Below are positions 23,552 to 32,160 of a stretch of DNA of 64,000 nucleotides, in pieces. The stretch is from a virus (lineage: Duplodnaviria > Caudoviricetes), in the IMG/VR virus record IMGVR_UViG_3300032038_000016, positions 66,668 to 130,667 of that record. One strand, written 5' to 3'. Made by a program: the position numbers and the translations under genes. Each line of letters begins with the position of its first letter. The first letter of the stretch is position 1. The notes below the pieces were generated by a model that was not told the DNA's origin, made no database searches, and was given only the letters and a program-made list of their open reading frames with translations.

Positions 23552-25942
23552 TCAATTTAATAACTTAAACAGATCACGTGTCTTAGAGCCAGCTGTTGAC
23601 AATTCTGCTAATTGCTTTTCAACAGAATTTAATGAATGAATTTCCCAATCATTATGTAAATCCGGAATAAAGATCTTGATAGATTCAGCATCTTGATCAA
23701 TTACAACGAATGAAATGAGGAATAATTCATTACATAATCTCTTTGCTAATGATGGTTTTAATACATCAAGCTTTGTTGCAGATTTGATATTCTCTACGTC
23801 ACCATTTGTGATCATAATTGTTGCATTTGGAATTAAACCAGTTGTCTGATTACCTGATACTGCACCTGCAACATTTGCATCACCCTTTTCATGTGCAAGC
23901 TGATATAGACGACGATACCATTTACGTTTTGGATCACGAGAGTCAATTGCTGTTTGTTTCTTTTCCTTCACTTGGAATACAATGTCTCTCAAGAATCTTA
24001 ATTCTCCAGCCTTCCACTTAACATGACGAGAGATCGCATTCATTTCCTTTAATGGAAATTTTACAACATCAGGCAATGTTTCGGGATCAATCAAACGACA
24101 ATGTGTATGAACACCGATAATGAATTCCACCGGTTTATCAGATACAGCACCACTTGGATCTGTCACTCTCATCTGAAGCTTCATCAAAAGAGGTTTCATA
24201 GAATTCATCTTACGCATATCCTCTTCTTTCAGTATCTCAGGAGCGCGATTCATCATCTTCAGAGCATGTTCTTCTTTACGATCACGCTCTTGTTTATCGT
24301 AATCCCTATACTTCTTTTCCGCCAACTTTGCATCAGCAATTGCTTTACCAGTATCTGCACGAAGCTTTATACGACGATTTGCAACTTCCTTACCATAATC
24401 TGTTGAAGTATCTGTATTTGCTAAATCCATCAATTTCTTAGCAGCATCAAGTCTGGCAATTTCAGCGTCATGTAATCTCTTTTGTGCTTCTGGACTATTT
24501 GAATCATTTTCACGACGAAGCTTGATGACTTCTTCTGTTGTTTTCTGTAAATCTGCTACTAACTTTGCTGCTTCACGATTATCTTTGTTTCTTTGTAATA
24601 GTAATTGTTCTTCTTCACGTAATGCCTTAGCGTCTTCACGAGCATCAGCATTTCTTTTCAAATCTAATTCTTCATCAGCACGACGATCAGCTTTTCTTTC
24701 ACGATCATCACGATTTCTTGCATGCGTAATCTCATCACGAATTTTCTGAATACGCGCATCTTGTTCATCATGAGCTTTGTCAAGTCTTGCTAATTCATCA
24801 TCTAATAACTGAATAGATTTCTCTTCTTTTTCAAGTTGAGCATCGGACATCAATGCTTTTCTAATATACTCTTCCTTTTCAGCATCAGACATATGTTGAA
24901 TATCTTGGGTAAACTGTGCATTCAATGACTTTCGTAATGAATCGCTGATAGTTTCATCTTGAGAAAATTGTGCTGATAATTCACCAGAATTTGTTTTTGA
25001 ATTGTCTGTTCTTGATGATGTTGATGATTCATGTGAAGTGTCATGCCGTTTACCTAATTTATCATGGGTTCGTGTAATCACATCAGTTCCACCGGCACCA
25101 CCAGCACCACCTACTCCACCTGCGCCACCAGCACCACCTCCTGTTCTTACAGATCTTGAATGGTTATGCTGTACACCAGTATCAGTTTTCCTATCTGAGT
25201 CTGATGAAGACTTAGATGTTGTGTCGGTCTTAGTTTGTGATAATCTTTCTGAGATGGAACCACTCGTGCGTGTCGATTCATCACTTCCAGTTTCTCTAGA
25301 AGCACCAGCTGATAGTCTTTCAGTTTTTTTGTCATAAAAGTCATCAGTCTCATTTTCCAATCGATCTCTTAAAGCATTTCTTCGTGCTGATCCACTTTCT
25401 TGGAAGAAGTGATCGAATTCAGACAATGGTTCATAATCAACACATTCCAGAATTTCTTTTGCATCTGCATCAGAACAATTCAGCATATCAAATTCAAAGA
25501 TACCTTGTTCATTAATAATCTTATTATGACAAGCGTCATGAGCATATGACATATCCGTGTATTCAACATATCGCGTTGTGTTAGTTTGGAACTTTGATAA
25601 GAATCCACCATGCTTCACACTCTTTGCATCAACGATTGGATCTTGTGAAATTGCCATTTGAACATATGCCGCATACAGTTGTTCCAATAACATATTTGTT
25701 GCTGTTGCATAATCTAATGGGACACTCTTGGAACAGAATACTGGAAATTCAAATGTATTTCGTGAAGCCATTCCGATTACAGATTTGGTGCTTTTACCCT
25801 TTTTATAGCCTTTTACAAAACGGCCGATTGTAGTATCATGCAAGTCTTTTATATTACCGACGGCTTTCGAGGCAGTATCATAGTCTTCTTCGGAAGTACC
25901 ACCATTCCGATCAAGCCAATCTTGGTATTCACTTCTTGCCAT
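23552..25942 (-). CDS. Putative virion head/core protein with low-complexity and coiled-coil central region
   Basis: 796 aa. FQE|SG motif, Ser/Thr/Gly tract and long charged coiled coil. Late-type promoter upstream. Confidence 0.75.
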   Translation of the reverse strand: MARSEYQDWLDRNGGTSEEDYDTASKAVGNIKDLHDTTIGRFVKGYKKGKSTKSVIGMASRNTFEFPVFCSKSVPLDYATATNMLLEQLYAAYVQMAISQDPIVDAKSVKHGGFLSKFQTNTTRYVEYTDMSYAHDACHNKIINEQGIFEFDMLNCSDADAKEILECVDYEPLSEFDHFFQESGSARRNALRDRLENETDDFYDKKTERLSAGASRETGSDESTRTSGSISERLSQTKTDTTSKSSSDSDRKTDTGVQHNHSRSVRTGGGAGGAGGVGGAGGAGGTDVITRTHDKLGKRHDTSHESSTSSRTDNSKTNSGELSAQFSQDETISDSLRKSLNAQFTQDIQHMSDAEKEEYIRKALMSDAQLEKEEKSIQLLDDELARLDKAHDEQDARIQKIRDEITHARNRDDRERKADRRADEELDLKRNADAREDAKALREEEQLLLQRNKDNREAAKLVADLQKTTEEVIKLRRENDSNSPEAQKRLHDAEIARLDAAKKLMDLANTDTSTDYGKEVANRRIKLRADTGKAIADAKLAEKKYRDYDKQERDRKEEHALKMMNRAPEILKEEDMRKMNSMKPLLMKLQMRVTDPSGAVSDKPVEFIIGVHTHCRLIDPETLPDVVKFPLKEMNAISRHVKWKAGELRFLRDIVFQVKEKKQTAIDSRDPKRKWYRRLYQLAHEKGDANVAGAVSGNQTTGLIPNATIMITNGDVENIKSATKLDVLKPSLAKRLCNELFLISFVVIDQDAESIKIFIPDLHNDWEIHSLNSVEKQLAELSTAGSKTRDLFKLLN

Positions 25943-25993
25943 GATTCATCATCTCCTTAAATTAATAAATTAATATACATTTCATCAATGCAT

Positions 25994-26006
25994 TTATGAA
26001 GGCGTT
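25994..26006 (-). promoter_or_regulatory. Putative late promoter AACG-N6-TAA
   Basis: Minus strand AACG-CCTTCA-TAA. Confidence 0.65.
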
Positions 26007-26014
26007 CATGATAA

Positions 26015-26032
26015 GGGGCCCGTAAAGGCCCC
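26015..26032 (-). terminator. Terminator-like hairpin after rusA
   Basis: ggggcc-cgtaaa-ggcccc. Confidence 0.7.
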
Positions 26033-26038
26033 ATCATA

Positions 26039-26623
26039 TCATTCTTTCGGAATTAATTTCATTATCTTCCTAATGCATTCTGGGATGTTATTCATATATG
26101 TGATTGTTAATTCATAACGTGGTGTGGTGGAATAATACTTGTCACATGACATGGAAAATACCAATGCGTCATCACTCAAGATACCACGATGTCCACGTTT
26201 CTTATTCGGTTGAATTTGATCCATCGCACTCTTGGCATAGTTGTCAACATCCCCTGTATGAGTCCATGGACGAAGTATTTTCATTTCTGCTAACAACTTT
26301 TGTGACTTTGAAAACGATGTTGGTGTCTTTGCATAGATATCGATTTGCATCTTACATGGTGTTTCAATAAATAAATCACCAAGAGTTGGTAATACATGCT
26401 TCTGGAAGAATGCTGCATTTTTGTATGCTCCTGGGACGTAAACTCGATATCCCGATAAACGTGGACGTTGTGATGGTTTTGGTTCATTATTGATTAATAT
26501 CTTAACCGTAGACCAAGTGATGTGCTTTGTATATCCAATCACAGTTGCAACATTATTCAATATCGATTCTGAATATTCCTCTCGCATTTTCAATTCATTT
26601 TCATGATTGATGTCTGTTGACAT
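26039..26623 (-). CDS. rusA: RusA-family Holliday junction resolvase
   Basis: PKPSQRPR, GDVDNYAKSAMD and ILSDDALV...KYYS motifs. Confidence 0.85.
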   Translation of the reverse strand: MSTDINHENELKMREEYSESILNNVATVIGYTKHITWSTVKILINNEPKPSQRPRLSGYRVYVPGAYKNAAFFQKHVLPTLGDLFIETPCKMQIDIYAKTPTSFSKSQKLLAEMKILRPWTHTGDVDNYAKSAMDQIQPNKKRGHRGILSDDALVFSMSCDKYYSTTPRYELTITYMNNIPECIRKIMKLIPKE

Positions 26624-26636
26624 ATCATCACCACCA

Positions 26637-28082
26637 TTAATTTGCATAAATACGATAATTAATTAAAATCTCCCAGTTCTTAGAAATCGGAATGGAATTA
26701 AAAGTATAATACGTAATGAGTTTGATACGCTGTGCTTCATCTAATGTCAATCCATCCGTCTCTGAAGATTCTAAATAATGGACAAATTTATCTTCAACAT
26801 ATTGCAATGTATCATTCTGATTATAGAACGCTTGGGCTTGAATACAATCTTCAGCAGCTAATTGATTCTTCAGATATTCATAATCCAATGTAAATTTCAC
26901 ACGGTTATCATCCAATTCTTCCATTATCAATCCTAAAGTACTACTACCGGAACTACTAATTGTTTCATCTTCTGGTTTATCATAGATAATACAGCCATTA
27001 CCGATTGTTCCATTTGGAATCTCAGGAAGAATCGCCCACATATTACCAATATGAGGGGATACAGCAACTGACAAATCATTCAATGCTTCTTTGATTTGTT
27101 TAATCAAATAAATTGCAATTGTATTTTCTGCTTCGGTTGATTTGATATCTCCCTTGTTCTTATATATGATCATTAACAATCTTTGGATTGTCTTCTCGTA
27201 TAATGTTTCTACCATTGATCTAGTCCCTTGGACTGTATCGAAAGCAACCAAACCCAATTCATTAATCATTGCTGTTGCGGTACCAGCCTTCTCAAAATAA
27301 GCATGACAATCGGTATCACTCAAAGAAAGTTTACATTCAACATATGTTTCAATACGATCTGTCTTTGGAACACCGGCAATTGCATTTGGTCCAAGATCCA
27401 TCGGAGTTACTGGGTCAACATAATTCCAGCGTTGACCATCCACCCACCAACTATGATAAATATGTGGTGTGGAATCAAATTTTTTGATATATGCGGATTT
27501 GGACATAATAGATGCTTCGGATGTATCATTACCGAAATACAACCCAAGATACTTACCAGCATCTGTCATAGAACCATCCAAGGATTGTTGGAATGGAATG
27601 GGATGACGTAATGAAATATAATGATATGCCGTATTCTTAGTTGTGACATTATCTTCACCAGCACCACCGATTCCAATCATGAATCCTTGACAAATATGAT
27701 TCACAGCAATATCATCTTCCATGATGGTATAACCATTAATACTACGCAGATCTGTTTCTGATTGTCCAGCCGGATTAACACCAATAAACAATTTCTCATT
27801 CAAATCAGGAATTGCTAATGTTGTATCACGTGTCAAATCATCTGTTACTTTACCATGCGATGAATCTAAAAACAATCCAAACATCTTCATGAGAATCCAT
27901 TGATAACCGGAAATGGGAATGATGTTTGTATGTGTTCCACAATCAATCTCTTCCCCTGTGATTTTGTTATGACGTTTGATATTAATAACACCACGTAACA
28001 TGGGTCCTGTAATTGGTGGAATGTCATTACTTTTATCTTCAAATCGCATATCATCCGTCATAAGATATTCTTTATTTTCCAA
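26637..28082 (-). CDS. Putative baseplate/tail structural protein
   Basis: 481 aa. N-I-I..G, GIGGAG, INELGLV and terminal INYRIY pattern typical of baseplate or fibre-attachment proteins. Tail operon context. Confidence 0.6.
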   Translation of the reverse strand: MENKEYLMTDDMRFEDKSNDIPPITGPMLRGVINIKRHNKITGEEIDCGTHTNIIPISGYQWILMKMFGLFLDSSHGKVTDDLTRDTTLAIPDLNEKLFIGVNPAGQSETDLRSINGYTIMEDDIAVNHICQGFMIGIGGAGEDNVTTKNTAYHYISLRHPIPFQQSLDGSMTDAGKYLGLYFGNDTSEASIMSKSAYIKKFDSTPHIYHSWWVDGQRWNYVDPVTPMDLGPNAIAGVPKTDRIETYVECKLSLSDTDCHAYFEKAGTATAMINELGLVAFDTVQGTRSMVETLYEKTIQRLLMIIYKNKGDIKSTEAENTIAIYLIKQIKEALNDLSVAVSPHIGNMWAILPEIPNGTIGNGCIIYDKPEDETISSSGSSTLGLIMEELDDNRVKFTLDYEYLKNQLAAEDCIQAQAFYNQNDTLQYVEDKFVHYLESSETDGLTLDEAQRIKLITYYTFNSIPISKNWEILINYRIYAN

Positions 28083-28101
28083 TTGATATCACTCCTTATC
28101 A

Positions 28102-30672
28102 TTAGAAATTATTATTTGCATACGTATTACATTTTTGAGAAAAGGTGATGTCAATCTTATTATTTACATCACTAGCTAATTCAACACGTCCAACCCAGAC
28201 AGTTGGAGAATAAGATTCTTTGTATTCATTTTCATGATCATATTCATCCAAATTGTCTTTGATGTATTGATAATAATCAGAAATCTTCATCAGCACAGGA
28301 GCATCCAAATCACTGCTGTATTCATTAAATTCCTGGCCATATACGATTGCTTGGCCTTCTTGTGCTTCTCCAACACGCCAACCTTGGTGATCTAATATAT
28401 TATTATTATATGATTGATCACTCCAAATGCATCGAATTTTCATACGTTTGATCATTGGAATTACTTGATTGAATCCTGTGTCTCGATAACCGAAATCACT
28501 TAATGAAATATTGTTATCCGAGATGGATGAGTTAGAATGACGAATACTTTTATCAACAATTCTACTAATTTCGGTTGGATCAAAATATTCAATTTCTTCA
28601 ACAACAAACATCGCATAAACATGACCAATTGGTGTTGAAGTAAGACCATCTTCTGAATCGACCATTGTGTTGTAAGCGTGCCTTTGTCCATCTTCATATG
28701 GCCAATAATATGGATCAATTGTCGGTAATAAGAATTGATCACCGACTACTTTTCCTTTGATACTGATATGATATTTTCCATCTGAATCAACAGTAAATGG
28801 TTTGAATGGATCATTGGTTGATGCGTTCTCGTCAATTAACACATCATTTGTATCATCCCAAATTCTTTCATCAGAATATAATAAATCAGAACCTGTAACA
28901 TGTCCTTTCAACAAATTGGTTGAATATCTTAAAACAGTTACAAATGCATGATCAGTGAATGATATGAGATTACCAACTTTCAACATCGGTGGTGTTTTTG
29001 TGAAACCAGAATCGGATCTATCAACAAATAATGGTGGTTTGGAATCTTCCGTATACATTTCATCATCTGTTCTGGATGTTTTACTGGAAGAAGATGGCAT
29101 ATCTGTATGATATGATGATCCACCAAAATTCTTTAATAGATTCAAATATTTCGCACGTAATGGGAAATTCAATTCTGTAATTAAATCATCACATGTTTTT
29201 AGTGCTGATTGTTTTACCAGTCGAACAGTATCACTTGTTCCAATCTTACGTGACATTCGATACATACAGAACGAATAGCAAGATTGTACAACGTTTCTGT
29301 TACATTTGATCAATTCCTTTTCATATTTGAATTTGTCGATAATTAAATCCAATGGAATTGTGCTTTGTGCTCCTATTAATAATGAACTTAATCTATCACT
29401 AATCTGTTGATCTGGATATAAATGAATTCGATCATTTGGTTTATCCTGATCAACCAATACAACAGTCCAGTTATCTACTAATGCTGAACGATCCACTTCG
29501 AAACCAAATGAACCTGTTTTATCTACTTCACGACTTGTTGTGGTTGTTGTGGTGGTAGTTGTTGTAGTTGATGACGAGTCAGACGATGATGTATCTGTTT
29601 GTGTATCTGTTGTCGTTGTTGTTGTTGTAGTTGTTGTACTTGTCGTAGTTGATGCCTCTCCGCCATTTTTATAACATTTTAATTCAACAGCAATGATGTC
29701 ATCTGTAAATGGAGTATTAGGTCCTAAATCTGGTGATGTATATAATGGATTATATGCAAGATCATTTTGATTGTACCAACCAGTTATCACACAATAAAAA
29801 TCGCCGAATGGTTTGGTTAACCCTTTATCCATGTAAGCAGTAAAATGTGGATATGAGGTTGAATCTGATAGGAGAGAGTTTATTGGAAAAACTGTTTCAA
29901 TATTCAATTTTTTATTAATGTCTGAAAATTGTGAAAAATCAGTATTTTTATCAACAAATAATATTGTTGATAAACCAGATGTGTTGTTTGTTGCAGATAT
30001 CATTTTATATGGTAATGATGTATCACCTGCGGTCTTTACTTCATAAAATGGTTGAGTTAATGCCAATTGACCTGATACCGATGTTGATGAAGATAAAATA
30101 GGATAAATAATGATTCCTCTGTCATTATACCCTGCTTGTCCTTCGGTGATCTTAACTGATATTGCTCGATTATCTGGATCATCTCCAGGCCCGAACATAG
30201 AGCCACGGGTTCCAACAGAGTAACGCAGTTCTTTATCAATATAAAATACACGACGCTGCTCTGCTGTATCATCATTTTTGGTATATAGATATGCTGGTTT
30301 CTTGGTATAGGACCCATTACTTTCTTCACATAAAAAATATGCTGGAGTGCTAGCATTATCCATCAACATACGATATCGTTGAATTGTTGGATCTCGATCT
30401 TCTGATCCTTGCGCTGGTTCATTTTTCACAAAATATTGTCTGTCAGAATTTATATATAAAAAACAATATTGGTTTTGTTGCTCAAATGACATCCCAACTG
30501 TTGTTGTTTTATTGATTGTATCAGAATATAATGCATCAAGAGAACAATATAACCCATCACTAGACAATTCCAATCCACAATCTGGATCAATGTATAATTT
30601 AACTAAACCATTTTGGGTTGTTAAACCATTTCCAATATCCAACTGAAGATATGAAATATTTTTATCAGCCAT
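28102..30672 (-). CDS. Putative tail fibre/appendage protein with Thr-rich linker
   Basis: 856 aa. N-terminal beta-spiral-like repeats (IGNGLTTQNGLVKLYIDPDCGLELSSDGL) and a poly-Thr linker. Confidence 0.6.
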   Translation of the reverse strand: MADKNISYLQLDIGNGLTTQNGLVKLYIDPDCGLELSSDGLYCSLDALYSDTINKTTTVGMSFEQQNQYCFLYINSDRQYFVKNEPAQGSEDRDPTIQRYRMLMDNASTPAYFLCEESNGSYTKKPAYLYTKNDDTAEQRRVFYIDKELRYSVGTRGSMFGPGDDPDNRAISVKITEGQAGYNDRGIIIYPILSSSTSVSGQLALTQPFYEVKTAGDTSLPYKMISATNNTSGLSTILFVDKNTDFSQFSDINKKLNIETVFPINSLLSDSTSYPHFTAYMDKGLTKPFGDFYCVITGWYNQNDLAYNPLYTSPDLGPNTPFTDDIIAVELKCYKNGGEASTTTSTTTTTTTTTTDTQTDTSSSDSSSTTTTTTTTTTTSREVDKTGSFGFEVDRSALVDNWTVVLVDQDKPNDRIHLYPDQQISDRLSSLLIGAQSTIPLDLIIDKFKYEKELIKCNRNVVQSCYSFCMYRMSRKIGTSDTVRLVKQSALKTCDDLITELNFPLRAKYLNLLKNFGGSSYHTDMPSSSSKTSRTDDEMYTEDSKPPLFVDRSDSGFTKTPPMLKVGNLISFTDHAFVTVLRYSTNLLKGHVTGSDLLYSDERIWDDTNDVLIDENASTNDPFKPFTVDSDGKYHISIKGKVVGDQFLLPTIDPYYWPYEDGQRHAYNTMVDSEDGLTSTPIGHVYAMFVVEEIEYFDPTEISRIVDKSIRHSNSSISDNNISLSDFGYRDTGFNQVIPMIKRMKIRCIWSDQSYNNNILDHQGWRVGEAQEGQAIVYGQEFNEYSSDLDAPVLMKISDYYQYIKDNLDEYDHENEYKESYSPTVWVGRVELASDVNNKIDITFSQKCNTYANNNF

Positions 30673-30693
30673 TATGATTCCTCCTTTCTAACA

Positions 30694-31029
30694 TTAATCT
30701 GAATCTGAATTCGGATCCGGGTCTGGATCTGAATTATTATTTGTATTACTTGCCGGAATGCCCATATATTGAATATAATACATTTGTAATTCATTTGAAT
30801 CATCAATTGTTGCAACTGGTGAAAAGCTGATAGATGACCCGCCATTCGCTGCTAAAATTGCATTGATCAATGAAATACAATTAACACCGTCAGATGTTTT
30901 CAATGAATCTGTTGTTGCACTAACAAGTCTGGATACTGATGAATCACATTTAATAACATCAATTGATTCATTTGGTCCTCCGTTAATTCCATTCATCGGT
31001 CTATATGGAAGCGTGAATGTGTTGCTCAT
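30694..31029 (-). CDS. Hypothetical tail-operon protein
   Basis: 111 aa; SD gaaggagga. Confidence 0.7.
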   Translation of the reverse strand: MSNTFTLPYRPMNGINGGPNESIDVIKCDSSVSRLVSATTDSLKTSDGVNCISLINAILAANGGSSISFSPVATIDDSNELQMYYIQYMGIPASNTNNNSDPDPDPNSDSD

Positions 31030-31064
31030 AAGTTTGAATCTCCTCCTTCAAGAATTTAATCTTT

Positions 31065-31559
31065 TTATTTAGAAGAACCTGGAATATATTTATTATTGTC
31101 TTTTTGATATGTCCCTCCCCAATCACCACTCATATTCTTTCTAGTTCTAGAATTATAATTACTTGGGTTTGCCCATGTATTATGACCATTTGCGTAGTCT
31201 TTATCTGACTGACTAGCGACATAATATGTGCCATCTGGTTTTACACGATAAATGACGCCGCCATTTCCGACTTGCAACTGGTCACCGGATCCATCCGGAG
31301 CCCATACAGTATATTTCTTTTTCGAAGTATTTGTCGCTGGTTTTTTACCACGTACCGAAGTGTTAATCGTAATTCCGATATTGTCAATTGTTTCAACAGT
31401 TGTTACGATCTTTTTTAAACTCAACATACCATTTTCTTTGAAATACAGTAAATTACCTTCTCTTGCTGATAATCTAACTTGAGCCACACCACTTTTCACT
31501 TCCATTGATGCGTCTACTTCAATATTTACTTTTGCATTTTTCGTTGTATCTAAAGCCAT
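31065..31559 (-). CDS. Hypothetical tail-operon protein
   Basis: 164 aa; start overlaps the upstream stop. Confidence 0.7.
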   Translation of the reverse strand: MALDTTKNAKVNIEVDASMEVKSGVAQVRLSAREGNLLYFKENGMLSLKKIVTTVETIDNIGITINTSVRGKKPATNTSKKKYTVWAPDGSGDQLQVGNGGVIYRVKPDGTYYVASQSDKDYANGHNTWANPSNYNSRTRKNMSGDWGGTYQKDNNKYIPGSSK

Positions 31560-32131
31560 TAGAAATCACCCGCTCCTTGTAACAATGGTGCATAAGACGC
31601 AATATTATTCCCAGGTGTGTTATCATCACCTGTAACCTCTGTGATGATATAATAATCATATGTTTCGGATTCATTTTTTACACGGAAAAAATCTCCAGGA
31701 AGAACCCAGTCACAATAAACTCGAAACACATCTAATGTGTTTTTTCCAGTTAAATTAATTGGGCTTTTACTTCCATCAGTCAATGTTTCTGTTGAAGAAA
31801 ACTCAGCATCCCATATTCGATGTACCGTGTTTTGACATGATATCGCATTATAATAATTCACATGTGATGAATTATCGAAAGATGACCAGGGACCATAATC
31901 CACATTAATTCCTAAATTACATTGGTTTGGTTCCAATAAGTTTGGTCCAATATCATTATCGATATCAATTGTAATTTCAGATCCTGCTGAATTATATGTC
32001 TCTAATGCTCCACACCAAAGACCATCACCATATAAACGAACAACATTTGTTGATCTTGGATCTAATTTCACAGTCATCCGGGAGACTTGAACACCGTCTC
32101 CCGGATCAATTAAAACAAACGCATTACTCAT
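31559..32131 (-). CDS. Hypothetical tail-operon protein
   Basis: 190 aa; SD aaggaggt. N-terminus similar to 28102..30672. Confidence 0.7.
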   Translation of the reverse strand: MSNAFVLIDPGDGVQVSRMTVKLDPRSTNVVRLYGDGLWCGALETYNSAGSEITIDIDNDIGPNLLEPNQCNLGINVDYGPWSSFDNSSHVNYYNAISCQNTVHRIWDAEFSSTETLTDGSKSPINLTGKNTLDVFRVYCDWVLPGDFFRVKNESETYDYYIITEVTGDDNTPGNNIASYAPLLQGAGDF

Positions 32132-32160
32132 AATATACGATTAACCTCCTTTGATAAAAA

